Shown here: positions 1 through 13,993 of the stretch, one piece after another
How positions within the stretch are numbered: the stretch's first letter is position 1
How the letters are laid out: every line of letters begins with the position of its first letter
NCBI GenBank assembly: GCA_038087875.1
Contig: CM075993.1
Span: 5,892,001 to 5,956,000 of the forward strand
Length of the DNA stretch: 64,000 nucleotides
Source of the DNA: Malacoraja senta
Lineage: Eukaryota
Direction of reading: 5' to 3'
Notes under the pieces: generated by a model
What the model saw: only the letters and a program-made list of their open reading frames with translations
Database searches by the model: none
Told to the model about the DNA's origin: nothing
Program-made: the position numbers and the translations under genes

Positions 1-969
1 AGATGCTGAGCTCCCTCGTCCGACTCCATCCGTGTGCTTAACATGTCGTTAACGTGTTACCGTGGCTTCCAGCTCTCTGAATGTTTCCCCGCAGCAGATC
101 AAATAAACTCCCCGTGATCCATCCACCGTAACATGGCTGTTTGTGGTCAGTTTATTGCTCACCTGACCGGCTCACCCGGTGACCACAACTGTGGACCAGT
201 GACCATGGAGGAGGGGGGGGGGGGTCAGACCCCTGTCCCATCACTAACTGGGTCACCCGACCAACCCCTGACTTTCTTTTCTCTTCATAAGTTCATAAGT
301 GCCAACACCATTGGAAAATAAGCCCATGATCATGCAAGAGGTGGGCTGTAGTATTCAGTTGCAGGGGTAGGATTGGATTCCATAGGTTCAGAAGTTCTAG
401 GAGCAGAATTAGGCCATTCGGCCCATCTGGTCTCCTCCACCATTCAATCATGGCTGATCTATCTCCCCCCCTCAACCCCATTCTCCTGCTTTCTCCCCAC
501 CACCCCTGACACCTGTAATAATCCATTAACAAGGAGTTATTATTGCACAATCACAGTGACAAAGTACAACGTGGATCAAAACTGACCTGATCTTTCTCAA
601 TAGCACTGTATCACAGGTACACCTGACAATAAAAAGCCAGTACCAATATACGCTGAGTAGCTTTATTCCACATTCACTACATTTGCAGTATTTTGGTTTT
701 AAGAATCACTAGACCAAGAGGGACCCGTTGGGTCCTGTCCCCTCAACGTGCGGTTGTGGGGGGAGGGGGCACCTTCTTCAAGTTCTGAATGGGGAGATGT
801 GTGAATGCGTGACCTACACGTCTCAGGTTGAGCTTATAATCAGTTACACAGTTAGGGCGTGTCTCCACTCACTCTCCAAAGAAAGTGACTCATATACCGC
901 GCCCAGGTAACTAGGTGACTGTTTACACACTGATGTTACAAAACCCGTGAAACAGAAGTGAGACTTATG

Positions 970-1452
970 TCAGACACAGGGAACTGAAAATGGGAGAGAA
1001 AGTGCCGAGAAACTCCGGCAAATACAATTAGGAGTTTGAATGTGGATCACGGAAATGTCTGAGACCTTACACTTGGAAAAAATTAGACTTGTCTTCATTG
1101 ACAAATCAGAACTATTTGCTAGAATATGGTCTCCATTTATTGATTCTCTAAAGGGGTAAACTGGTTCAACAAGGAAGCTGGACTGAAACTTACACTCTAT
1201 CATCTACAGACCTATCTCCAAAATTGTGTTATTGGTAATCCTCTTTATGAATTATTTGTTTCCCTCCCCTCTCTATTAGCTTATAGTTTCCTTTTTCTCT
1301 TCCCTTATTTCTTCTCTCTCGATAGCTCTATCTTTCAAAAAAAATTATATAAAATTAGAAGCTGTGTTTATATGTAACTGGTAAGCAAATCTTGTTTTGG
1401 TTATGATATGTATATGCTTCTAATAAAAATATTAAAAAAAATAAAAAATAAA
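970..1452 (+). mobile_element. L1/Tx1-like LINE 3' end
   Basis: Degenerate ORF2 C-terminus (..LHLEKIR..), T-rich 3' UTR, AATAAA and an A-rich tail at ~1420-1452. Confidence 0.55.
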
Positions 1453-2144
1453 GAAGCAGGAGTTTGAAGAGATTTTACGAAATAGCACTGGCAGGCAGGA
1501 TCGCGGGAAATCCAAAGACAGTTTTTGAGTATGTTATGGACAAGGGGGTAATCAAGGAAAGAGAAGGGTCAGGCACCATCTCTGGGTAGACGGAATGGGT
1601 GACTGCCATAGATGCTGCCTGTCCCACTGAATTACTCCAGCATATTGTGTCTATCTTTGGTGTAAACCAGCATCTGCAGTTCGTTCCTTCACAAAGAGAA
1701 GGGGACCATAGGACATAGAACCATGGACCATGTGCATTGACCCAAATGCCATAGGTTGAATCTTAAATAAAGACCTCCCATCTGTATTCTTTATGAGCAA
1801 GGATATGCAGTACCACTGAGCATAAGTTCATGTCATAGGAGCAGAATAAGGCCATTTGGCTCATTGAGTCCGCTATTCAATCATGGCTGATCTATCTTTC
1901 TCTTCCAACCCTATTCTCCGGCCTTCTTCCTGTATCCTTTGATGACCTTTCTACTCAAAAACATATCAATCACCCCTTTGAAAATACCCAATGGCACCGC
2001 CAGTAGCAATGAGTTCCACAGATTCACCACCCTCTGGCTATAGCCCTCATCTCTTTTCTAAAGGTATGTTATTTTATTCTGAGGATGTTCCCTCTGGTCC
2101 GAGGCTCTCCTCCCATAAGATCTCACCTCATCCTCCTGCTCTCC

Positions 2145-3330
2145 AAGGAGTAGAGACGCAGCCTACTCAACCTCTCCCTATAGATCAGACCCTCTAGTCC
2201 TGGCAACATCCTTGTAAATCATCTCTAAACCCTTTCAAGCTTGACAACGTCTTTCCTATAAAATGGGAACTGAACACTATACTCTAAATGTGGTCTCATC
2301 GACGTCTTATACAACTGCAACATGACCTCCCAACTTCTATACTCAATACTCTGACTGGTGAAGGCCAATGTGCCAAAAGCCTTTTTGACCAACTTATCTA
2401 CCTGCAACTCGACTTTCAAGGAACCATGCACCTGCACTCCTAGATCCCTCCACTCGACAACACTCCCCAGAGGCCGACCATTCGCTGCGTAGGTCCTGCC
2501 CTTGTTAGACGTCCCAAAACGCAACACCTCACATTTCTCTGTATTACATTCCATCAACCATTCCTCAGCCCACCTGGCCAATCAATCTAGATCCTGTTGC
2601 AATCTGTCACAACCATCTTCACTATCTGCAAAACCACTCACTTTTGTATCAACAGAAAACTTGCTAATCTTGCCCTGTATGTTCTCATCCAAATCATTGA
2701 TGTAGCTGACAAACAGTAACGGGCCCAGCACCCAACCCTGAGGCACACCACTAGTCGCAGACCTCCAGTCCAAGAAGCAACCTTCCACCATCACCCTCTG
2801 CTTCCTTCCATGAAGCCAATTTGTTATCCATTCAGCTATCTCTCCTTGGATCCCATGCGATCTTACCTTCCAGAGCAGCCTACCATGCGGAACCTTGTTG
2901 AATGCCTCACTGAAATCCATGTACACAACATCTACAGATCTGCCCTCATCGACCTTTTTGATCCTGTCTTCAGAAAAATCAATCAGCCTGTTCTGACCTT
3001 CACTAGCACGAGGTACTGGAAGCAATCCAGAGATAACTCTCCTGGAGGTCCTGCTTTTGAGCCTTTTACCTAATTCCCCAAAGCTCGTGTTGCAGAAACT
3101 CCTTCCTCTTCCTACCCATATCGTTTGTGCCAACATGCACAACAACCTTCAGCTGCTCCCCCTCCCTCTCGAGGATGCCATGTTGGAGTCTCGCCAGTTG
3201 CTGCAGAATCCCCTGCCCATACCTCTGACTATCGAGTCGCCCACCACTATGCCTCTACCTGATGCCACTCTTCCCAATTTGAGCCTCAGCACCAGGGTTG
3301 GAGTCACAGCCCTGGCTGCCACTGAAACTT
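2145..3330 (-). mobile_element. CR1-clade LINE fragment (ORF1 GDSL-esterase piece joined to ORF2 reverse transcriptase)
   Basis: IVVGDSIVRG (ORF1); VDVVYMDFSEAFNKVPH, SGVPQG.VLGPLLF..YINDL, F.VDTK, RPHLEY.VQF (RT); degenerate, with an internal deletion. Confidence 0.92.
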
Positions 3331-6300
3331 GACGCGTCGTCCGCCCCGACAGCTCCCAAGAGGGTATACCTGGTTTCGTTAGGTACAGTACAGCCACCGT
3401 ACTGCACTCCATGATTGAATGGCGGAGCAGACTCGATGGGCTGAATGGCCTAATACTGCTGTTGAGGTGTTGAGGTTTGTGTGGGAACCAGGGCCCAGGT
3501 AGTTTGAGGAGAGCGCAGGAACCAGGGTCCAGCTGAGTTTCTGGGGGAAGGTGGTAAACGCAGATGATCTGACCACCAAGCCATCAGGATTTCTGGAGAA
3601 GGGTCTCGACCCAAAACGTCACCCATTCCTTCTCTCCAGAGATGCTGCCTGTCCCGCTGAGTTACTCCAGTTTTTTGTGTCTATCTTCTGTTTAAACCAG
3701 CATCTGCAGTTCCTTGCTGCAGGATTTCTGAGTCATCGGACGGTCAGATTATCAGACAGAATGTGCAGGAGGGAACTGACGAAGGGTTTCTGAAGAAGGG
3801 TTTCGGCCCGAAACGTTGCCTATTTCCTTCGCTCCACAGATGCTGCTGCACCCGCTGAGTTTCTCCAGCATTTTGTGTGTACCTGGGAACTGACAGATGT
3901 TGGTTTCAACCGAAGATAGACACAAAATGCTTCAGGTCTGAAGAAGGGTCTCGACCCTGAAACATCACCTATTCCTTCTCCCCAGCAGATGATCAGAGTT
4001 TTGCGGCGGATGGAGTGGTTGGGCAGGGAGGGTTGTGGAATTGTGCATGGGGCAATTATGTCATGATGGTAAGATGTCCAATCTTCTTTTACTACTTCTT
4101 TAAAATCCCGAGGAAATAATGAATTGCTTCAACCACCAGGAGACACAAATGAAAGGGAGGAAAATAAATAATGAAACGAATAATTAATTGTTTAAAAAAC
4201 AGATCTGATTACCAACTCAAGTGTGGCTACGTAGGTGATACCAATGTCATTCTGATTGGAGCAAAGAGCACACGAACACCTCCACCCTGTTTCCCTTCCG
4301 CACTGATTTTTCGACTCAAGCCCAGTAGCAAACTGTGGACTCTTTCTTAAGGTGCAAAATTACCTTCGATCGATCAGTCATTCCTCAGTGTGAGTATTCG
4401 CTTTACTGTGTACGACGAACCCATTGATATATTTGCTTCTCTGGTCTTTTCAATTTTGTTCAATTGAATTCTGGTTATTTATTTCCTGGTCGGTGCCACT
4501 GTTTCACTTACACGCGATCTCCTGCAGCTTGAACTGTGATAGCGTCGGGTAGCAATGTGCATGTCTGAAAATGTACAAAGCAGAAAGAAACTGGAGATAG
4601 ACACAAAAATGTTGGAGTTACTCAGCGGGGCAGGCAGCGTCTCTGGAGAGAAGGAATGGGTGACGTTTCGGGTCGAGACCCTTCTTCAGACTGATGTCAG
4701 GGGAGAGGGAGATACATAGAAAATGAAGTGTAAGGAGTGAAAATAGGACAAAGGGAATGGAGATCAAGGAAACTATTCAGCATGTCACCATGTGTCATTT
4801 CTTTGAGAAGGAACTGCAGATGCTGGAAAAATCCAAGGTGGACAAAAATGCTGGAGTAACTCAGCGGGTGAGGCAGCATCTATGGAGGGAAGGAATAGGT
4901 GACGTATCGGGTCGAGACCCTTCTTCAGACTGATGAAGGGTCTCGACCCGAAAGGTCACCTATTCCTTTGCTCCATAGATGCTGCCTCACCCGCTGAGTT
5001 TCTCCGGTGCCATTTCTCAGTCAGGCTTCTCCAACTAATCCCACCGACACACTGTATTTTAAAGATGCAGCAAGGAAACGACCCCCTCGTCCCACCGAGC
5101 CCACTCCAACCGTCGATTACCTGTTCGCACTGAGTTAGTTTAATTTAGTTTATTATTGTCATGTGTACCGAGAGACAGTGAAAATATTTTGTTAGCGTGC
5201 TATCCAGTAAAGAAAAGATTCCATGATTACAATCAAGTGCAAAGTCAAAGGATAAAGGTTGCAACATTTAGTGCAAAGACATAAGATTGAAACCTTAGTT
5301 CAATGTTTATAGAAACATAGAAACATAGAAAATAGGTGCAGGAGGAGGCCATTCGGCCCTTCGAGTATTCAATATGATCATGGCTGCTCATCCAACTCGG
5401 TATCCTGTACCTGCTTTCTCTCCATACCCCCTGATCCCTTTAGCCACAAGGGCCACATCTAACTCCCTCTTAAATATAGCCAATGAACTGGCCTTAACTA
5501 CCTTCTGTGGCAGAGAATTCCAGAGATTCACCACTCTCTGTGTGAAAAATGTTGTTCTCATCTCGGTCCTAAAGGATTCCCCCCTAATCTTATTATGCCT
5601 TACTTTAAATCCCACAATTATTGTTTTAAGTAGATTTAGATTTTATTAACATTTTGAATCGGTTTAATTGCAGTTGAAACTGCACAGAACAGGCATCAAA
5701 AGGAGCTATCAGTTAAATTGGTTTGGGCTTGTTTTTAGAATGGAATGTCTGCTATTTGTCGAAGAAATGTATAATTAATGGAATTTTCATCCACTTTCTC
5801 CATAGTTTATAGAATCTAAAAGCTTGCTGTCCTTTCTAGAGCGATACAGTGTGGAAACAGGCCCTTTGGCCCAACTTGCCAACATGTCCCAGCTACACGA
5901 GTCCCACCTGCCTGCATTTGGCCCATATCCTTCCAAAGCTGTCCTATCCATGTATCTGTCTGACTGTTTCTTAAACGTTGGGAAAGTCCCAGCCCCCACT
6001 CCCTCCTCAGGCAGCTCGTTCCATACAACCACCACCCAGGTGAACTTTGTCACATTGCCGCACCCTAAGTGTACACTTATCCAATTGTGTTGTATCTGGG
6101 AGGGCGTAGTCTGTTTCTGCCACAGAATGTTCATTTGTTTTTGATAAGAGCTAGCTATTCCTCCCATTCAAAAAAAACATGTTAGTTATGTTTTGGAGCA
6201 TTGCAGCCACAAGGAGAGATTGGAAAGGGCTGGGTTTGTTTTCACTGGAGAGGAGAAAGCTTAAAGGCTGAGGAGGTGTCTGATGAAAGTGCACAGAACT

Positions 6301-7789
6301 ATCATGGAGATGAGGGCGGCACAATGGCACAGCGGTAGAGCTGGTGCCTCACAGCACCGGAGACCCGTGTTCGATCCTGACCACTGGTGCTGTCTGTACA
6401 GAGTTTGTACATTCTCCCTGTAACCGCGTGGGTTTCCTCCGGGTGCTCCGGTTTCCTCCCACATCCCAAGGACGTACATGTTTGTAGGTTCTGCAAATTG
6501 TCCCTAGTGTATAGGTGATCGCTGGTCAACATTGAAATGGTGGACTGAAGGGCCTGTTTCTACACTATATCTCTAAACAAATATAGAAGGTAGAGAGAAA
6601 AACATATTTTTCCCATGGTGAGGATGTCTAAAGCAAAAGGGTTAAGGTACCTGTCCAAATGTTTTTTAAATATTGTTATAGTACCTGCATTCTATTGATA
6701 CCTCACCCGTCCCTTCCACCAACATCCCTCCCTCCTGCTCTGCATTTCGCTCCTTATTTGACACCATTTTGTCTCCTTTTCCTCTTGGGCCTTTGTCACT
6801 TACTCCATCCATCTCCCAAAACTGAAGAAGGGCCTCGACCCGAAACGTCGCCCAATCCTTCTCTCCAGAGATGCTGCCTGTCCCGCTGAGTTACTCCGGC
6901 ATTTTGTGTCTACCTTCGGTTTTAACCAGCATCTGCAGTTCTTTCTTACACCCTTCACCTGTATCCACCTATCAATAGACAAATAGATAATAGACAATAG
7001 GTGCAGGACTAGGCCATTCGGCCCCGAGCCAGCACCGCCATTCAATGTGATCAAGGCTGATCATCCCCAATCGGTACCCCTGATCATCCCCAATCACTTG
7101 CCAGGCTTTGTACTACCCCCACCTCTCTTCCAGCTTTCACCCCCCCCCCCATTCCATCAATCATAAGAAAGGTCCCAACCCATCGCCTATCTGTTCCCTC
7201 CACAGATGCTGCCTGCCACAGTACTCCAGTACTTTGTGTTTTATTCCAGATTCTAACATCTACAGTTCTTTGTGTCTTAACTATTTATTGATGCTGGTAA
7301 CAGAAATTAGTTTGAAATCCTCCATGTTATGTGATACTTGTTTGGCAATCCCCATTGTGTCCAGCTTAATACAGAGTCAAAAGAAGCAGGAGAATTCAAT
7401 AGAAACAAACACTGCATCAGGTATTAAACAAATCTCTTCAACTTTGACAGGCCTTTACCATATAAGTGACGTTACTGATGATTGAAAGGAACATTTTCAG
7501 CAAACATATTGCCACATATAAGCATTGTGGACGCCTTAGTTACACTCATCATGGACTGGTGTGGAGGGAGCAGGCCATTCGGACCAACAGTGCTGGTCAT
7601 CTTAATGCTCAACAAGAGCTCCTTCCACCTTATATCAAGGGCCTGAGCGGTATGGAGAGGTTGAGCAAGCCTCAATTCCTGGGACTAGTAGGAACGCAGG
7701 ATAAGGGACGATCTCAAAAAGGTGTACAATGTCATTAAAGGAATAGATCGGTTAGACGCACAGAGGTTTATCCCAGGAATGAGCAAGGA

Positions 7790-8945
7790 TGAGAGGTGAT
7801 CTCATTGAAACATGTAACATCGTTAAGGGTTTGGACACGCTAGAGGCAGGAAACATGTTCCCGATGTTGGGGGAGTCCAGAACCAGGGGCCACACAGTTT
7901 AAGAATAAGGAGTAAGCCATTTAGAACGGAGACGAGGAAACACTTTTTCTCACAGAGAGTGGTGAGTCTGTGGAATTCTCTGCCTCAGAGGGCGGTGGAG
8001 GCAGGTTCTCTGGATGCTTTCAAGAGAGAGCTGGATAGGGCTCTTAAAAATAGCGGAGTCAGGGGATATGGGGGAAGGCAGGAACGGGGTACTGATTGGG
8101 GATGATCAGCCATGATCATATTGAATAGCGGTGCTGGCTCGAAGGGCCGAATGGCCTACTCCTGCACCTATTGTCTATTGTCTATTTGTTGGCACTGGGC
8201 CTGCACTCACTGGAGTTTTGAAGAATGAGGGGGGACCTCATTGAAACGTACCGAATAATGTATGTTGGATAGACTCTTGGATAGAGTGGATGTGGAGAGG
8301 GTGTTTCCACTAGTGGGAGAGTCTAGGACTAGAGGGTCACAGCCTCAGAATTAAAGGACGTTCTTTTAGGAAGGAGATGAGGAGAAATGTCTTCAGTCAG
8401 AGGGCGGTGAATCTGTGGAATTTATTGCCACAGAAAGCTCTGGAGGCCAAGTCAGTGGATATTTTTAAGGCAGAGATAGATAGATTCTTGATTAGTGCGG
8501 GTGTCAGGGGCTATGGGGAGAAGGCAGGAGAATGGGGTTAGGAGGGAGAGATAGATCAGCCATGATTCAATGGCAGAGTAGACTTGATGGGCCGAATAGC
8601 CTAATTCTACTCCTATCCCTTGTGACCTATGACCTTATGAGTCTCTTGCCCAGAGTAAGGGAATCAAGAACCAGAGGACAAAGGTTTAAGGTGAGGGGGG
8701 AAAGGTTGAATAGGAACCTGAGGGGTAACTTTTTCACACAAAGGGTGGTGGGTATATGGAACGAGCTGCCGGAGAGGTAGTTGAGGCAGGAACTATCACA
8801 GTGTTTAAGAAACATTCAGGCAGGTGCATGGACAGGACAGGTTTAGAGGTATATGGGCCTAACACCGGCAGGTGGGACTAGTGTAGATGGGGCATGGGCA
8901 GGTTGGGCCGAAGGGCTTATTTCCACGCTGTATCACGCTATGACC
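7790..8945 (+). mobile_element. Three tandem CR1-type LINE 3' ends (different subfamilies)
   Basis: Repeated ESRTRGH..FFSQRVV.LWN.LP coding remnants, each followed by a 3' UTR stem-loop (gggccgaatggcc / gggccgaagggc) and a short tandem-repeat tail such as ctattgt. Confidence 0.9.
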
Positions 8946-9914
8946 ATGACGCTATATTAGCCAATGCACCTGCATTCTCCTTCTCTTCCTTTCTCCCTCT
9001 CCCTCTCCCTCACTCACAGACAGACACACACACACTCACACGTTGCTTCGAGTGTCTCCCGAAACGCATCCTCCCCGCGTTGGTTTGGTGGAGTTGGGTG
9101 ATGAGTACACTGGGCTATTCAGCTCGACCTCTCCCAATGGGAGGGAGTTCCTTCTTGTCATCACCACCCCGGTGAAACCATTCTCCTGATTCAGAGAACC
9201 GACCCGATTTCGACCAGTGTGTTGTGGCTGTTTCTGGAGATGAGGGGGCGCTGGTAAAAGGTTTATACATGTATTATTCAACCTGATGGGGGGGGGGGGG
9301 TCTGAGGAGATGAATATTTAGTGAAGGACGTTTAGACTAAGGCGCATGATGCAGCATGAATTAGACAACAACCTTGCGTTAGGTTGGGAGAAAGCGTGCT
9401 GGCGAGACACTGCGTTCCGTTGTGTTCAGAGTACATTCACATCTTGTAATGTTGGCAGAGGGGGCTGTGGGGGACAGAGGGGAGAGCGGGGTAGTGGTGC
9501 ACGTTTATTCTGTCAGTGTTGAGTGGGATTTGCCCGTTGGCCGTTGCTCCTCCGCACCGCGCAAGTTTGCATTGGTTGCAAAGGTCAGAGGCGTGTTCGA
9601 GTCTGCAACAATCGTGCTGTTTGTTTGTGGGGAGGAAAAACGAATAAAGTGCTCTCAAATATCGCTGCAGACTTTGGAATTGACATTGAGGGCGGGCCGA
9701 CCGACCTAATCAGACGCCGCAGCAGCCCTGGACCCATCCGTCTGTTCCCCAAAGATAGACACAGAAAATGCTGGGGTGACCGATGCTGCCAGACCCGGTG
9801 AATTGCTACACCTTTTTGTGCCTGTCTTTGGTTTTAGACACAAAATGCTGGAGCATCTCAGCGGGTCAGACAACATGTTCCTTCCTACATATTGTAGTAT
9901 AAGGCAGTTCCTTG

Positions 9915-10060
9915 TGACGGCTCCATTTCGCCCCAATCCCCGGGCAGCGGCGACCCGGCGCTGTCCCTCTGCCGCGGTGCTGAACCCGCAGCCCCGCTCC
10001 CCGCCCGCCCGCCTGCCTGCCTCGCCCAGCCCATAAAGAAAGCGACCCCGAGTTATTACA
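9915..10060. promoter_or_regulatory. GC/CpG-rich candidate promoter or first non-coding exon upstream of CKMT1
   Basis: CpG-rich unique patch with CCAAT (~9933) and GC boxes (ccccgcccgccc) about 1 kb upstream of the CKMT1 ATG; a further CpG-rich patch lies at 10845-10940. Confidence 0.4.
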
Positions 10061-10317
10061 TACACCCCCTCTTGCCTAGAATTCGTGCTATGCATGCACA
10101 CACACACTGACACACACATTTCCTTCGCTCCATGGATGCTGCTGCACCCGCTGAGTTTCTGCAGAATTTTTGTGTACCACTGACACACACACACACACAA
10201 CACACACACACACACACACACAATATGTGCAGGGAAAGGCAGAAATATGCAAAGCTATGTACGATTATTTTTGTTTGTCTTGTAATGGATTGATTGCATT
10301 AATTGCGAATGTGCAGT

Positions 10318-10812
10318 AGATGGGGAGGGGAGGTAGGGGTGGGGAGGTAGGGGTGGGGAGGTAGGGAGGGGAGAGGAGGTAGGGGTGGAGAGGTAGGGGT
10401 GGGGAGGTAGGGAGGGGAGATGGGGAGGGTAGGTAGGGGTGGGGAGGTAGGGGAGGGGAGGTAGGGGTGGGGAGGGTAGAGGAGGTGGGGAGGGGAGATG
10501 GGGAGGGTAGGTAGGGATGGGGAGTGGAGGTAGGGGAGGGGAGGGTAGAGGAGGTGGGGAGGGGAGATGGGGAAGGTAGGGGAGGGGAGGGAGGGGAGGG
10601 TAGGTAGGGGTGGGGAGTGGAGGTAGGGGAGGGGAGGGTAGAGGAGATGGGGAGGGGAGGTAGGGGTGGGGAGGGTAGAGGAGGTGGGGAGGGGAGGGGA
10701 GATGGGGAAGGTAGGTAGGGGTAGGGGTGGGGAGGGGGGAGGGGAGGTAGGGTAGGGGTGGGGAGGTAGAGTAGGGGTGGGGAGCGGAGGTATGGGTGGG
10801 GAGGGGAGGGGA
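10318..10812 (+). repeat. G-rich low-complexity tract (GGGGA/GGGGT/GGTA units)
   Basis: Directly visible. Confidence 0.95.
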
Positions 10813-11038
10813 GCGCTTCTAGTTCCTCAGTCTTTCCCTCACAGCTGCCGGCTACTGATTGCCGGGAGTTTCACTGCGGTATTTCTGCGCACAGATCGGG
10901 TTTACGCCGGCCTCTCGCATTGCATTCGCATCACGCCTCCCCTCCCCTCCCCTCCTCTTCCTCCGCCCCACACTACCACCGCCTCTCTCAACCTCTCGCC
11001 ACCCTTCTGCCCGCAGGTTCCTGGGACTCGCTCTCAAC

Positions 11039-11187
11039 ATGGCCAGCACCTTCTCACGGATCCTGGGCAACAGGAAGGCGAGCGGCATCCTGACCCTGGT
11101 GGGAGCCGGCTCCCTGGCGGCCGGTTACCTGCTGGCCAGGGACTGCGTGAAGGCTGGGTGCGAGCAGAGGAAACTCTACCCCGCCAG
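11039..11187 (+). CDS. CKMT1: Mitochondrial creatine kinase U-type, coding exon 1 (transit peptide)
   Basis: ATG at 11039; [49 protein letters not shown](S); donor AG|gtaaga at 11188. GAGSLAAG(Y/F)LL and LYP match CKMT1 better than CKMT2. Acceptor ccgcag| at 11016 implies an upstream non-coding exon. Confidence 0.92.
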
Positions 11188-13491
11188 GTAAGAAGCCAAT
11201 GTCACCTCTAGAGCCTGTGGAAGCGGCAGAGGGCGGGGAGGGCAGAATCGATACCAGCACCGAGCTAAGGTCATTCCTCCTGGGTGGACATATGGTCTGA
11301 AGAAGGGTTTCGGCCCGAAACGTTGCCTATTTCCTTCCCTCCATAGATGCTGCTGCACCCGCTGAGTTTCTCCAGCACTTTTGTCTACCTTCGTTTTTCC
11401 AGCATCTGCAGTTCCTTCTTAAACACATATGTTTATTGTTGGCTGAATATTCAGTTCCCACTACTAGTTTGTTCATGTCCTGGAATTTACTTGAGCGGCC
11501 AATCCTCCCCAACCTTCTCCTCGAGGTCACCTGAACCCAAGGACACAGCGGTAGAGTTGCTGCCTCGCAGCGCCGGAGACCCGGGTTCGATCCCGACTAC
11601 TGGCGCGGTCTGTACGGAGTTTGTACCTTCTCCCCGTGACCATGTAGGTTTTCTCCGAAGTCGATTTCCTCCCACACTCCGTGCAGGTTTGTAGCTTAAT
11701 TGGCTTGGTATGGATGTAAATTGACCCCAGTGTGTGTAGGCAAGATGGTGTTAATGTGCGGTGCGGACTCGGTGGGCCGAAGGGCCTGTTTCCGCGCTGT
11801 ATCTCTAAACTGAACTGCACCAGTGCTGACTGGGACCCTCGCCCCCTCCTCAATGTGGAATTCATGTCATTGGGGGATCTTTAAGGCGCAGGTTGGCAGA
11901 TTGTTGATTAGTGCGGGTGTGTGGACAGAAGGAGGGAGAGATAGATCAGCCGTGATTGAATGGTGGAGTAGACTCGATGGGCCGAATGGCCTAATTCCGA
12001 ATTGGTCATCCCCTTCCCGGGTCGCCGCGTTTCCAAATCTAATGTCGTCGCATTGAACAGTTTAAATCGCTTGATGGCATTCTCGTCACCTCCCCCTCAG
12101 CTAAATATGAACCATTCTACGTTCTCCTTGACCAACGTTCCCTTTGATCTGTGTTTTCACACCTTACCCTTCCATATCTTTATGTCTCCCCCTCCCCCGA
12201 CTCTCAGTCCGAAGAAGGGTCTCGACCCATTCCTTCTCTCCAGAGATGCTGCCTGTCCCGTTGAGTTACTCCAGCATTTTCCAGCATCTGCAGTTCTCTC
12301 TTGAACATTGTGTCTATCTTAAGTCATTTCCAAATGGGTTTACAGAACGGCTGTGAGTGAATGTTAATTAAGACTCCAACGTCTATAGCATCCACCCCCC
12401 CCCCCTCTCCACCCCCTCCCCTCACCCAGTGAGAACTACCGCCGCTGAATAAAACCATTTTGACCCCCTGCCTGCCTGTGTTCATTTGTCCCACTACAAC
12501 TCTGCACGGTCCACTTGGTAGCGATTGTTAGCTGTGCCAGTGTTGCCGTGGAGCCGTGACAAAGTCCGGCAAGGACAAACGAGATGGCTGGAATGTAATT
12601 CTGTGCTGAAATACTGGCGAGAAAACAAAAACTGTGGGACTGTATCACCCACGTGGCACTAGCTTCTCGTTTTCACCCTACAAACAGCCAACAACAGCCT
12701 GTTTCCTTTATCATCCTTAATTTTTTTTGCATAATGGTATTCATGGTGATTTATCTCTCCACATCATCGTCTATATCTCTCGTTCCCCTTATCCCTAACC
12801 AGTCTGAAGAAGGGTCTCGACCCGAACGTCACCCATTCCGTCTCTCCAGAGATGCTGCCTGTCCCGCTGAGTTACTCCAGCTTTTTGTGTCTATCTTCGG
12901 TTTAAAAGCAGCATCTGTAGTTCCCTCCTACACATTGCACATTGGGAAGGCGCCGGTCCTTATTGACAGCAAGCCCATCTGTTCTCCGGCGTGCGTCAAA
13001 TCCGAGGCGCTTTAACCTGGGATTAGACTCTGTAATCCGGTGGGAATCTCGGGCCAAGATTACGGCTGTAGTTGTTCAAGAAATGAAACAACCCAGTCAG
13101 GTTCCAAATACACAGTGCTGGAGGAACTCAGTGGGCGAGGCAGCGTCTGCCATGGAAATGGGCAGACGGTGTTGGGGGTCGGGCTCAAACAATGTAGGAA
13201 GGAACTGCAGATGCTGGTTTAAATTGAAGATAGACACCGAATGCAGGAGTAACTCAGCGGGATAGGCAGCATCTCTGGAGAGAACGAATGAATGGGTGAC
13301 ATTTCGGGTCGGGATCCATCTTCAGACTCAAACTGGTTGTTGAGTGTAGAGTAACAGATTATTAGCTCCCTAGGTACAGGGCATCTTTCACCATATGTCT
13401 TTTAGCATTTTGCTTTCCGATTCTAGACATGGTTGAAATGGAATTTTTTTTTAGAAGGTCTCACTTTGCAGGTTGCTAATTGATTTTCACG

Positions 13492-13720
13492 CTTATACAT
13501 ACACACACACACAAACACACATACACATATACATATACACACACATATATATATACACGCACACCTATACACACACATACGCACACATATACATATACAC
13601 ACATGCACATACACATATACACACACACATATACACACACACATATGCACACACACACACATATGCACACACACATACACATACACACACATATATATAT
13701 ACACACACATATACGCACAC

Positions 13721-13763
<43 letters not shown>

Positions 13764-13827
13764 CATACACACACACATATATATATACACACACACACAC
13801 ACACATATACAGACACACACATATAAA

Positions 13828-13867
<40 letters not shown>

Positions 13868-13952
13868 CACGCATACATACACACATACACATACACACAA
13901 ACACACACATATATATATACACACATACATACACACATACACATACACACAA

Positions 13953-13992
<40 letters not shown>
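13492..13992. repeat. Compound (CA)n/(TA)n microsatellite
   Basis: Directly visible. Confidence 0.98.
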
Positions 13993-13993
<1 letters not shown>

